Part shown: positions 1 through 8,213 of the stretch, one piece after another
Numbering within the stretch: position 1 is the stretch's first letter
How the letters are laid out: every line of letters begins with the position of its first letter
Virus record (IMG/VR): IMGVR_UViG_3300017650_000208
Coordinates: 1-32,585 of that record
Source: a virus
Lineage: Duplodnaviria > Caudoviricetes
Strand: one strand, 5' to 3'
DNA: 32,585 nt
Position numbers and translations under genes: made by a program
Notes under the pieces: model-generated
Told to the model about the DNA's origin: nothing
Seen by the model: only the letters and a program-made list of their open reading frames with translations
Databases searched by the model: none

Positions 1-1098
1 TCACGCGGATTTCGGGATCGAAAGCCGAACGTGGCTGACTGGAATATCGAGTTTTTTGAAGTAAATGTGCGTCGTGGCCTCTCGCGTATGTCCTGCCGCA
101 ACCATCAATTCCTTCGTCTCGTATCCGGCGCGCTTCGCGTCAGTTAGCGCCTTTGCACGGATGTCCTTAATCGTGTATCGCTTTGCCGCCAGGCCGGCCT
201 TTGCTGCCGCGCGAGTCCAGGCGGCCAGAAGCGCTTCTGGCTTGTAGGGCTCGAATTTGCGGTTGTGAATCACGAACGCGTCGCCGATACGGGGCTGCTG
301 ATCGATCTCGCGGATGCGGGCGAGCACCGCCTCGATCTCCGGTGTGATGGCGAAGTCGACGGTGACGCCGCTGCTGTCGGCGGTCTTACTGGGCAGGAAG
401 TGGATCACGCCTGCAGCCCGGTCAATCTGTGACCACTTCAGCGTTCGGATTTCTGTCGAGCGCTGTGCGGTCAGATAGCAGAGATCGACGAAGCACTGCA
501 ACATCCGGCCGTTGCGCGCGAAGATTCCTTCCTTGGTTCTGGTGCTGGCTTTTTGCTCGAAGTGCGCCAGTTGCTTTCGGATCGCCGCGAAGTGGTCGTC
601 CGTGATGTACACGCCGCGCCTCGGAGGGGTCTTGATCTTGATGTCGCGCACCGGGTTCGTCTTCGTGTGGCGCTTCTTTACACACCAGAAGAAGAAGCCG
701 GACAGGAACGATCTGACGTGGTTCTGCATCGTCAGCTTCTCATCCCAGAAGGCAAGGACGTCGCTGATGTCGCCTGGCTCGATGTCGGCGACGTTCGCGT
801 CACGCAGCGCATTGCGCGCGTAGCGGCCAGTCCGCGCCCAGGACTTCTGCGACTTCAGCGTCGGGCCTTTTTCCTCGATGTAGCGATCGATCAACGGACC
901 CGCGTCGCCGGTTCCCGGCGGCGCTTCGTATTTGCGGCGTTCGACCACGAGCCGCGCCAACATCGTGGTCTCACCCTCGGCGATCTTGCAAAGCCGAACC
1001 CATTTGTTCGTGCGTGGAACGACCCAATACCAGCTTGCGCCGTTCGCGTAGACGCGCGCTGGCAAGTTGGAGGGTCTTTGACGGCGACGTGCATTCAT
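1..1098 (-). CDS. int: Phage tyrosine integrase
   Basis: Catalytic motifs TAQRSTEI (R), SKT (K), KDIRAKA (HxxR variant), AGHT and C-terminal Tyr (HIYF); N-terminal arm-binding-like segment. Confidence 0.93.
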   Translation of the reverse strand: MNARRRQRPSNLPARVYANGASWYWVVPRTNKWVRLCKIAEGETTMLARLVVERRKYEAPPGTGDAGPLIDRYIEEKGPTLKSQKSWARTGRYARNALRDANVADIEPGDISDVLAFWDEKLTMQNHVRSFLSGFFFWCVKKRHTKTNPVRDIKIKTPPRRGVYITDDHFAAIRKQLAHFEQKASTRTKEGIFARNGRMLQCFVDLCYLTAQRSTEIRTLKWSQIDRAAGVIHFLPSKTADSSGVTVDFAITPEIEAVLARIREIDQQPRIGDAFVIHNRKFEPYKPEALLAAWTRAAAKAGLAAKRYTIKDIRAKALTDAKRAGYETKELMVAAGHTREATTHIYFKKLDIPVSHVRLSIPKSA

Positions 1099-1334
1099 AC
1101 GAAGGGTGAGCAGATTTTAGTTTTCCGGGCAGGCGAGCGGTCATTCCCGGCGTCAAGGCCGGCGCGGCGGGCGAGCAGTGATTCGTAAAGTGCCCAGGTC
1201 ATGATCGGGGCGCCATCGAACGAGCGGGTGATTTCCACGCCGAAAGCCTGCATGAACCACTCGGCTTGTTTGCTATAGCGTACGCGACCGGTGATTCGCT
1301 TCAGGTCTTCCGGCGTCATCAGTCTTTCAGTCAT
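1095..1334 (-). CDS. Excisionase-like protein (DUF4224 type)
   Basis: MTERLMTPEDLKRITGRVRYSKQAEWF motif; ATGA overlap with the int start. Confidence 0.8.
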   Translation of the reverse strand: MTERLMTPEDLKRITGRVRYSKQAEWFMQAFGVEITRSFDGAPIMTWALYESLLARRAGLDAGNDRSPARKTKICSPFV

Positions 1335-1435
1335 CTCGCGACTCCAGATACGCGCGGCTGACGCGCATGAATTCTTCGATTTGCTGCTGCATTTCACTGC
1401 CTAAAGTTCTGTCTGTTGCTGCCGATAACGCGGGC

Positions 1436-1633
1436 ATGAACAAAGTCCAAGCCCAAACCCTTCTCGAATCCGCCGACGCTCTTGCGGTGGCGGACGTTGT
1501 CATCCAATACGGCCACTACGACGCGGACAGCAAAGCGCACGGCGCGGTGTATATGAGTACCTTCATTCACAAGATCGCCCAAGAGGCGCCTGATTGGAAA
1601 CTGGGAGATCTGATGGCGCTCGCGCATTCCTGA
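1436..1633 (+). CDS. Small hypothetical protein (65 aa), opposite to the operon (moron-like)
   Basis: Fills the gap between xis and the DUF551 gene without overlap; protein-like composition. Confidence 0.6.
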   Translation: MNKVQAQTLLESADALAVADVVIQYGHYDADSKAHGAVYMSTFIHKIAQEAPDWKLGDLMALAHS

Positions 1634-1634
1634 T

Positions 1635-2285
1635 TCAGCGCGTAGGCGCGGCCGGTAGTGGCATCCAGTGCGACGGCGTCCAACTTCCGCCGAATACATA
1701 CCAATCATTGAAGTCAGGGACGTCCTGAAGGTATCCGGTCTTGATTCGCCAATCTCCCGGACCATCGAACTCAGTTGCACAAAGAACCATCGTGTTCTTT
1801 TCCGGCAACCGATCCTTCACGCTGATCCATCCCGCATCCTTCTCCATCCCCGCGATCCGCTCGCGCAGCGCGGCGAGTTCTAAATACGCGCTGACACGTT
1901 CAAGCGGCATATCGGGGCGCTCAATCAGCAACCGCGCCCGCGACACCTGAGCGTCGTGGTTCGCCTTCCAGTGGTCGCGCTCTTTGCGCAGCGCGGCGAT
2001 CTCGGCGGAATGAATGGCCTGCTTTTGCCCGGTCTTGATCTCATGAAGCAGCGTCGATTCTCCGAACGTCAGACCGCATGAAGAACAGCACTCCGCTGGC
2101 GACATGTCTCGGAAAGCCACGTCATATTCGATGCCCGCCTGCCCCTCACTCGCGCCTGCTGCAAGAAGGGCGCGGGCTTGCCATCCTGCCCATCCGGCGT
2201 CGTTTCCGTCCATGCGGCCGATGGCTTCGCCTTCCTTTTTGAAGGCCCAATCGCAGTACGCTTGATACTCTGCTTTCTTATCCAT
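1635..2285 (-). CDS. DUF551-domain mosaic phage protein
   Basis: C-terminal GWISVKDRLPE...SHWMPLPAAP signature. Confidence 0.8.
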   Translation of the reverse strand: MDKKAEYQAYCDWAFKKEGEAIGRMDGNDAGWAGWQARALLAAGASEGQAGIEYDVAFRDMSPAECCSSCGLTFGESTLLHEIKTGQKQAIHSAEIAALRKERDHWKANHDAQVSRARLLIERPDMPLERVSAYLELAALRERIAGMEKDAGWISVKDRLPEKNTMVLCATEFDGPGDWRIKTGYLQDVPDFNDWYVFGGSWTPSHWMPLPAAPTR

Positions 2286-2814
2286 GCTTCGCCTCCTTAG
2301 CGATGGCGTCGATTGCATCCTCAAGCGCCGTGTTGTATCCGAGTCGATACTGAGATTCCGGCTCGTCGCTCGGCCCCATTTCGTCGGGCGGGTTCTCGAT
2401 GAACAGCGCCTTGATCCGCTCACTTGCCCCCGCCGCATCGGCTACCGAAGGCGCGGGAGGGGCGGCGAATACGGGAACGGTCCATTCATCTTCAGCAGTC
2501 GGATAGATCAGCGCCGGGTGCCGCTCGTCAATCCGTTCCAAATGCTTTCGCGACGCATAGCCGATGGGCTTCGCCCCCGCTGTGTCGGCGATGCTCGCGG
2601 AGACGGAGCGGCGGTTCCATGCGGCCTCGACTTCTTCGCGCGTGCGGTGGATCATTCCGCACGAGCAGGCGACGCATTCGACCGTCCAGCTTCCCGGATG
2701 CTTCGCGGGGATGCCCGTGAGTGCGACGAGGCCGGGGGAGTGATCGTGCGGCTCGTGCTCAGTCAAAACAGCGTCAGCGCCACAGAACGGGCAGGGCTTC
2801 AGTTCTTCAGTCAT
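2278..2814 (-). CDS. Lar-family restriction alleviation protein with C-terminal extension
   Basis: LKPCPFCG...VECVAC...AAWNRR zinc-finger signature. Confidence 0.8.
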   Translation of the reverse strand: MTEELKPCPFCGADAVLTEHEPHDHSPGLVALTGIPAKHPGSWTVECVACSCGMIHRTREEVEAAWNRRSVSASIADTAGAKPIGYASRKHLERIDERHPALIYPTAEDEWTVPVFAAPPAPSVADAAGASERIKALFIENPPDEMGPSDEPESQYRLGYNTALEDAIDAIAKEAKHG

Positions 2815-2841
2815 GTCGGTTCTCAAAAATGGTGTCGGCGG

Positions 2842-4389
2842 TCAGGCGGCTACGCCGGTCATCTGCTTTTCGTGCGCAAAGTTCGCGACAATCAGAGCGG
2901 TGGCGAGGTCAGGGCACACGCTATTGCCGATCATCCGAACCTGCGAGGTTTTCGACAGCGGCTTGCCGTTGAACATCGGATCGAGCACGTAGCTGTCGGG
3001 AAAGCCCTGTGCGCGCGCGAGCTCGCGCGGCGTGAGCATGCGCATGCCGATGTCGACGATCGCTTAATCCTCGCCGCGGATCGTGACCAGGCCGAAGCGG
3101 TCATGCGTCGGTACCGTGTGCAGCGGTTCGCGCAGATCAACGCCGTCTTTCTCGTTGCCGTAGTACTTCACGAGGAAGGCGCGCACTTCTGCGTGGTGAA
3201 GGCCGCCCGCGCTGATCGTGTGCAGGGGTTCGTCGACGCGCGCGCCGTCGCGACACGTGCCGCGCAGCTTCACGAGGTTCGACGTCACGAGCGCGTGGTG
3301 ATCCGTCGTCGTGACGGTGCCCGTCGGCACATCGAGGGGAATCCCGGTGACGCCGCCATAGTGCTTGGCGAGGAACGCGGAGACAAGCGCATGCTTTGCG
3401 CCGCCTGCGACGATCGTGCCGAGCGGCTTATCGAGGCCCGGGACGCGCGGCGCTTGACCTGGCCGCTCACCGTATCCGGTCTGCACCAGCGTCGGCACGA
3501 CGACGCCGAAGCGCGGCGCGCCAGCCATGACCGTGTGGAACGGCTCGTCGAGCGTCTGGCCGGTGCTGTTCTGCGAGAACTTGACAATGAACGGATCCGC
3601 GCTGTTCACGACGAACTTCATGATGCCGCGCGCGATGCGCCGCAGCGTCGCGTCTTTCAGCGGGCGATCGCGCTCGAAGATAGACGGACAGGGGATCGAC
3701 CAGTCGATGCATTCCGCCGCCGTGCGCCACGGCTGCAGCTTGCCGGACGTTACGCCGACGCTGCCGGGCGCGCCATGCGTCGGCTTCGGCCAGACGATCG
3801 GCAGATGATCGCGGCGAGCGACGAGGAACAGGCGCTTGCGGATCGTCGGCGCGCCGTAGTCACACGCGCGCAGCTCGCGATACTCGACGCGGTAGCCATG
3901 CCGCTTGAGCGCGTTCACGAACGAGCGGAACGTGCGGCCCTTGTGCTTCGGATCCGGCCGGCCTTCAGCATTGAGCGGACCCCATTGCTGAAACTCTTCG
4001 ACGTTTTCGAGCATGATCACGCGCGGCTTGACCTTCGCTGCCCAGCGCAGCGCGATCCATGCGAGGCCGCGGATCTTCTTATCGACCGGCTTGCCGCCTT
4101 TCGCCTTCGAATGATGCTTGCAATCGGGCGACAGCCAAACGAGCGCGACCGGCGCGTTGTTCGTGATCTCGTCGGGATCGACGTCGAAAACGCTCTCGCA
4201 ATAGTGCGCGGTGTGCGGGTGATTCGCCGCATGCATGGCGAGCGCTTCCGGATCGTGGTTGATTGCAACATCGACCGGGCGCCCAAACGCGCGCTCGAGC
4301 CCGGTGCTTGCGCCGCCACCGCCGGCGAAGTTGTCGACGATGAGCTCGCTGCCAAGATCCAGCGGCAGGGACATGAGATCACGCTTCAT
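2842..4389 (-). pseudogene. DNA cytosine-C5 methyltransferase with an in-frame TAA at 3064-3066
   Basis: Motifs FAGGGG (I), SPDC (IV), ENV (VI), RKRLF (VIII); motifs IX/X (RMLTPRELARAQGF, IGNSV) continue in the same frame after the stop. Confidence 0.88.
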
Positions 4390-4591
4390 TCTTAAAAATC
4401 CTTTTATCCGGCGATCCGCCGATGGGTGTCTGTCCGATCAAAACCGTCACGCGCGCGCCGGTCAATTCCGCGACCATCTCCACGAATCTCTGACAGAGCG
4501 CGTGCGTCTGCTGTGTCGTCGGCTTCCGAGCCAGCCCGATCGAGTCGAGTGCGTCGAGCAGCGCGCGGAAGGTTTGTGTGGTGCGGGTCAT
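4379..4591 (-). CDS. Hypothetical phage protein (70 aa)
   Basis: ATGA overlap with the dam stop; overlaps the MTase start. Confidence 0.65.
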   Translation of the reverse strand: MTRTTQTFRALLDALDSIGLARKPTTQQTHALCQRFVEMVAELTGARVTVLIGQTPIGGSPDKRIFKNEA

Positions 4592-5451
4592 GCGTACTCC
4601 AGAAACAGACCCTGCTGCGAAGCTTCACGACGGAGCGCCGCTGCGCACGCTGGGTTGATCCAAAGCACTTCCGTCCGGATAGCCGTGCCGCGACCGGCGC
4701 TTATGCGCGCCTCCTTCTCGTGTCGCTCCCAACTTGCCAGGCGTGAGTCATAGAGATCTGAGTGATAACCACAAATCACGGCCATACCGCGCAGCTCGAG
4801 CGCGGCATCAAGCAACTGCTCGTGCTCGTCGTCCGTCATCTCGAAGCGGTAATACCGATTGCTGCCGTCCATGACCCGCGTACCGTGCATATAGGGCGGA
4901 TCTATGAAGTGCAGCGTCTCTGGCGCATCGTGCGCGCGCATCACCTCGATCGCGGGGCGATTCTCGATGAGCACGCCGCTCATGCGCATCCCAGCATCCG
5001 CGATCGCGGCCGGATATAGCGCCCAAAGGTGCTGCGCCGTGCCGTATTCGCGTTTCGTGTCGATGCGAAATCCCGTCGCACCTTTAGTCGCGCCCGCGCT
5101 GCCGAATCCCATCTGCGCACGAATCGCCAGACGTCGCGCACGCTCTACCGGTTGGTCGACCACATCCCACGCTTCCATGAAGTCTTCGCGCGAGTAGGGC
5201 GTCAAGACGCAAGCCTCAATAAGTCGCTCGCGGAGAGCGTCGTCACGTAGCACGCGGAAGAAGTTGACGACTTCCCCATCCAGATCGTTGTAGACCTCGG
5301 CATACGCGCGCGGCTTCTGCAGCAGGACGCCGGCAGCGCCGCCGAACGGCTCGACGTAGCAGGTATGTGCCGGGAAAAAGCCCATGACCCATTCGGCAAG
5401 CCGGAACTTCGCGCCGTGGTATCGGAGCACGGGCCGCTCTACTTCGCTCAT
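4588..5451 (-). CDS. dam: DNA adenine methyltransferase (Dam/D12 class)
   Basis: YHGAK, YVEPFGG, YNDLD and DPPY motifs. Confidence 0.92.
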   Translation of the reverse strand: MSEVERPVLRYHGAKFRLAEWVMGFFPAHTCYVEPFGGAAGVLLQKPRAYAEVYNDLDGEVVNFFRVLRDDALRERLIEACVLTPYSREDFMEAWDVVDQPVERARRLAIRAQMGFGSAGATKGATGFRIDTKREYGTAQHLWALYPAAIADAGMRMSGVLIENRPAIEVMRAHDAPETLHFIDPPYMHGTRVMDGSNRYYRFEMTDDEHEQLLDAALELRGMAVICGYHSDLYDSRLASWERHEKEARISAGRGTAIRTEVLWINPACAAALRREASQQGLFLEYA

Positions 5452-5452
5452 C

Positions 5453-5512
5453 TCAGTGCCTCGTTTTTGTTAGCGCGAGCAGCGCGCGGAAGGTGGGGAG
5501 TAGGCGGGTCAC
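5453..5512 (-). pseudogene. 19-codon remnant duplicating the 5' end of the 4379-4591 gene
   Basis: MTRLLPTFRALLA versus MTRTTQTFRALLD; GTGA overlap with the DUF5131 stop. Confidence 0.6.
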
Positions 5513-6558
5513 GAGGGAAAGCCGTCGTACGTCACGCCGTCAAGTTCACGTCCTGCCGCTTTCTTGCCCATCAGGAACAACGGCTTTCCGTAACCGCCGT
5601 TGCTTCGAAAGTCTCCGTAACCGAGCGTCCCATCGGGCCATGCACTGGTGCGGCCGCGCATCACAGCGTCAGGGTTCGCCCGTTGCTCTTCGACGTTCAT
5701 GTGCCGCCACTCGCCCCACTGCTTGAATAGGAACGGCACGCCGTAGTCTTCGCACTGGCCGCGGATCGCTCGCGCCCAGTCTGGATGCATCGGGCGCGCG
5801 TTCTTGCCGCTTTCTCCGCCGACGATCACCCAATCGATGGTCGGCGAGCTATAACCGCTGCCGTCTTCTGCATACTCGGTCGTGGGGCCGTGGATCCATG
5901 CGGCATCCGAGGGGCATTCGCGGTCGCCGCACCCGTACTCAGCGCCGCAGCACGCGCCGCTCGGGTCGAAGAACGGCAGCAAGTCGACAGGACCGAGCAA
6001 CGGCTCCATCGACAGGAACCGGCGGCGCGCGGGCGTCATGAGCAGCTTCGGGATGTCGCGGTCCGCCTCTTCCTGATTGACGATCGTCGCGCCGAGCCAG
6101 ACGTTGTCGGGCAGGCGCGGCGTTTCGATGCATTCAAGATCGAAGCGATACTGTGCGGTCTGGCTGATCATCGGCAGGACGTTGCCGATCCGCTTCGTCA
6201 GCAAAAGCCAGTCGAGATTCGGTGTCTTCTCGATTAGGTCGAACAGGTCGCGGCGCCAAGTCGGATCAACCGCGTTGTCGAAAACGTCAGCGAGCGACGC
6301 GCAGAAGACGCGCTGGCGGCGGCCGTGCTGCGCGAAGAACTCGCCGTGCGCGGCGTTCCACGCCAGCGGCTTGCGCCAGTTTGCGGGAGACGTGCGGCGC
6401 CGCGGCGCACCCGGCCCCCAGTTGATCGCGGTGCCGCCCGCGAAGCGCGCGTTGCGCGTCTCGGCGTAGCAGTGATCGCAGCCCGGCCCGACCTTCTGGC
6501 AGCCTTCCCACGGATTGAACGTGTGATCCGTCCACTCGATTTTGCTGTTCTCGCTCAT
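5509..6558 (-). CDS. Phage Gp37Gp68 / DUF5131 family protein
   Basis: SKIEWTDHTFNPWEGC..GCDHCYA, FCASLADVF, LLLTKR, FLSMEPLLG, WVIVGGESG, FLFKQWG motifs. Confidence 0.9.
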   Translation of the reverse strand: MSENSKIEWTDHTFNPWEGCQKVGPGCDHCYAETRNARFAGGTAINWGPGAPRRRTSPANWRKPLAWNAAHGEFFAQHGRRQRVFCASLADVFDNAVDPTWRRDLFDLIEKTPNLDWLLLTKRIGNVLPMISQTAQYRFDLECIETPRLPDNVWLGATIVNQEEADRDIPKLLMTPARRRFLSMEPLLGPVDLLPFFDPSGACCGAEYGCGDRECPSDAAWIHGPTTEYAEDGSGYSSPTIDWVIVGGESGKNARPMHPDWARAIRGQCEDYGVPFLFKQWGEWRHMNVEEQRANPDAVMRGRTSAWPDGTLGYGDFRSNGGYGKPLFLMGKKAAGRELDGVTYDGFPS

Positions 6559-6592
6559 ACTACGATCCTTGGTTTTTGAAGCGAGGCGACCT

Positions 6593-6832
6593 ATGAAACG
6601 AACGCTCGCATTGCTGTTTGCTTCGGTTTGCGCGGCTGCTTGTACAACCGTCCAAGAAGTGAAGCGTCCCGGCGGCGACTCCGAATTCATCATTGCTTGC
6701 GGTGCGGCGCTCGGGTGGAACATCTGTTACGACAAGGCCAACCAACTTTGTCCGGCCGGATACAACACGATCAGCGAAGACGCGGGCTTCAATCGGAAAG
6801 AGATCCGGATCTCGTGTCCAAAGCCTTCCTAA
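6593..6832 (+). CDS. Small Cys-rich lipoprotein (moron)
   Basis: MKR + hydrophobic core + AAAC lipobox-like site; 4 further Cys; GAGG RBS. Confidence 0.75.
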   Translation: MKRTLALLFASVCAAACTTVQEVKRPGGDSEFIIACGAALGWNICYDKANQLCPAGYNTISEDAGFNRKEIRISCPKPS

Positions 6833-6834
6833 TC

Positions 6835-6920
6835 GCTATCTGAGTTGATGACGCTGCAGGCCTGTCGCCCTTGCGAGGGGCAATCACGGTCAGGCGCGCT
6901 GCGTCATCAAGTCAGATCGC
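6835..6920. other. Long nested RNA stem-loop between convergent genes
   Basis: ATCTGAGTTGATGACGC (6838-6854) and GCGTCATCAAGTCAGAT (6901-6917) are 16/17 complementary, with inner stems. Confidence 0.7.
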
Positions 6921-6953
6921 CGGATTACGCGCCGGCACGCGGTTGGTTGGAAT

Positions 6954-7472
6954 TCAGTTGCCTGCTATGCGCGTCGACTCGGGCTGCGAGTCGACGCGCG
7001 AAGTGAGTTCCTTCGGCTTGCGCTTGCACTCGAACCCTGCGTCGCGCATTGCCTGGTAGATTTCCTCGCTGATCTGGCAACGGATGCCGATCGCTGCGCT
7101 ACGCAGCGCCGTGGCGTTATCCGGATCAACGGTGGACTGGCGCGTCATCTCGGCGGCGGCGACCTCGAGCACGCAGCTCTTCTGGTCTTTGCTGGTGCCG
7201 ATCACGCCGCTGAAGCCCGCGACCGCAAAGCCGCCCTGCGTCGTCTGACCGCAATTGAATTGCGAAAAACTGGATGCATATGCGCCAAGGACCGGCGCAC
7301 TGACGTTGCGAACCGTGGACGTCGTGTGCTCTGGCGTCTGCGAGAACTGAATGGACCCTTGCGCGACCGATTGCGAAGTGCTCGTCTGTTCAGCCGTCGA
7401 AGTGCTCTGCGCTTGCGCATGACCTGCTCCGAGAAGTGCTACGATTGCGATGGCCGTGAAACTTGTTTTCAT
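6954..7472 (-). CDS. Secreted 4-Cys protein with a Gly-rich beta-hairpin-like segment
   Basis: Signal peptide ending GHAQA; AAGGAG RBS; 172 aa. Confidence 0.8.
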   Translation of the reverse strand: MKTSFTAIAIVALLGAGHAQAQSTSTAEQTSTSQSVAQGSIQFSQTPEHTTSTVRNVSAPVLGAYASSFSQFNCGQTTQGGFAVAGFSGVIGTSKDQKSCVLEVAAAEMTRQSTVDPDNATALRSAAIGIRCQISEEIYQAMRDAGFECKRKPKELTSRVDSQPESTRIAGN

Positions 7473-7497
7473 GGTGGCTCCTTCCTCGTGTGGAGTC

Positions 7498-7528
7498 AGG
7501 CCTCGGGTGTTCCTAGCACCCGGGGCCT
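7498..7528. other. Intergenic hairpin between the two secreted-protein genes
   Basis: AGGCCTCGGGTG / CACCCGGGGCCT 12-bp stem, 7-nt loop. Confidence 0.6.
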
Positions 7529-7542
7529 CTTCGTTTCTGGGC

Positions 7543-7965
7543 TTAGTACGCGTACGAACCGCTAAGGCCGCTGTATCCGCCGGCCGAGTAATCGACACCG
7601 GCGCCCCCCTTCGTCGCGCCGTAGCCATCGCCAGACGTGTAGCCGCTCGACGTCGACGTCGTGTTGCTGCCACCGATCGCACCCGAGAACGAACCGCCCG
7701 CGCCAATCGCGCCGAGGCCGTTGTATGCATACGATCCGGCTGCACCGACACCGATCGCCGTGCCGCCTGCCGCGTAGCCGAAGCCAGCGCTGTTCGACGT
7801 CTGCGTGCTGTAGCCTTGGCCATTCGAACCGGACGAAGCCATCGAGCCGCCCGAGAGAGTGACCGACGAGCTGAAGCCCGCGCCGACGTTGAACGAATCG
7901 GCTGCTTGTGCGTGGCCGACGAATGCTGCGAGAACTGCGACTGCCAGAATTGCCTTGCGAACCAT
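7543..7965 (-). CDS. Secreted Gly/Ser/Tyr-rich two-repeat protein
   Basis: Signal peptide ending GHAQA; GAGGAG RBS; two repeats ending GSYAY; 140 aa. Confidence 0.8.
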   Translation of the reverse strand: MVRKAILAVAVLAAFVGHAQAADSFNVGAGFSSSVTLSGGSMASSGSNGQGYSTQTSNSAGFGYAAGGTAIGVGAAGSYAYNGLGAIGAGGSFSGAIGGSNTTSTSSGYTSGDGYGATKGGAGVDYSAGGYSGLSGSYAY

Positions 7966-8041
7966 GGTGTTGCTCCTCGTGATTTGCGCGAACCCGTCGC
8001 GCTGCGGTTTGTGAATTTTTCGGCTGGCCTGTTTCGACTGA

Positions 8042-8191
8042 TTAGTCGGGCGCCGGCCAGCGAATGTTTTTCTTGCTGCGATGGATCTCTTCCAATCGCC
8101 GTTTTTCCCGAGCATCGGCACCGCGAACGAATGCCATTGCGGCAACCATCGTCACGATCCAGATAAGGACTACTACCTGATAAATGTTCAT
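8042..8191 (-). CDS. Small single-TM protein (49 aa)
   Basis: MNIYQVVVLIWIVTMVAAMAFV hydrophobic helix followed by a basic tail. Confidence 0.6.
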   Translation of the reverse strand: MNIYQVVVLIWIVTMVAAMAFVRGADAREKRRLEEIHRSKKNIRWPAPD

Positions 8192-8213
8192 GGTGAGCCT
8201 TTTCGGGATCGGT

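Larger units (their letters stand above)
4555..5512. repeat. Imperfect 36-bp direct repeats flanking dam (4555-4590 and 5476-5511)
   Basis: CGAGCAGCGCGCGGAAGGT (19 bp identical) + 9 variable nt + GCGGGTCA in both copies. Confidence 0.85.

Noticed and set aside
1-60. attL / integration site
   Set aside because: The window begins at the integrase stop; no att core or tRNA is visible
1327-1438. Short minus-strand peptide (...MQQQIEEFMRVSRAYLESRDD) upstream of xis
   Set aside because: Could be a gene remnant, but it is too short and has no identifiable motif
2284-4395. 703-aa plus-strand ORF
   Set aside because: Antisense shadow of the Lar and MTase genes in GC-rich DNA; Arg-rich, with no motifs
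7473-7823. Arg-rich N-terminal extension of the 289-aa ORF
   Set aside because: Alternative frame of the Gly-rich gene; the RBS and signal peptide place the start at 7472
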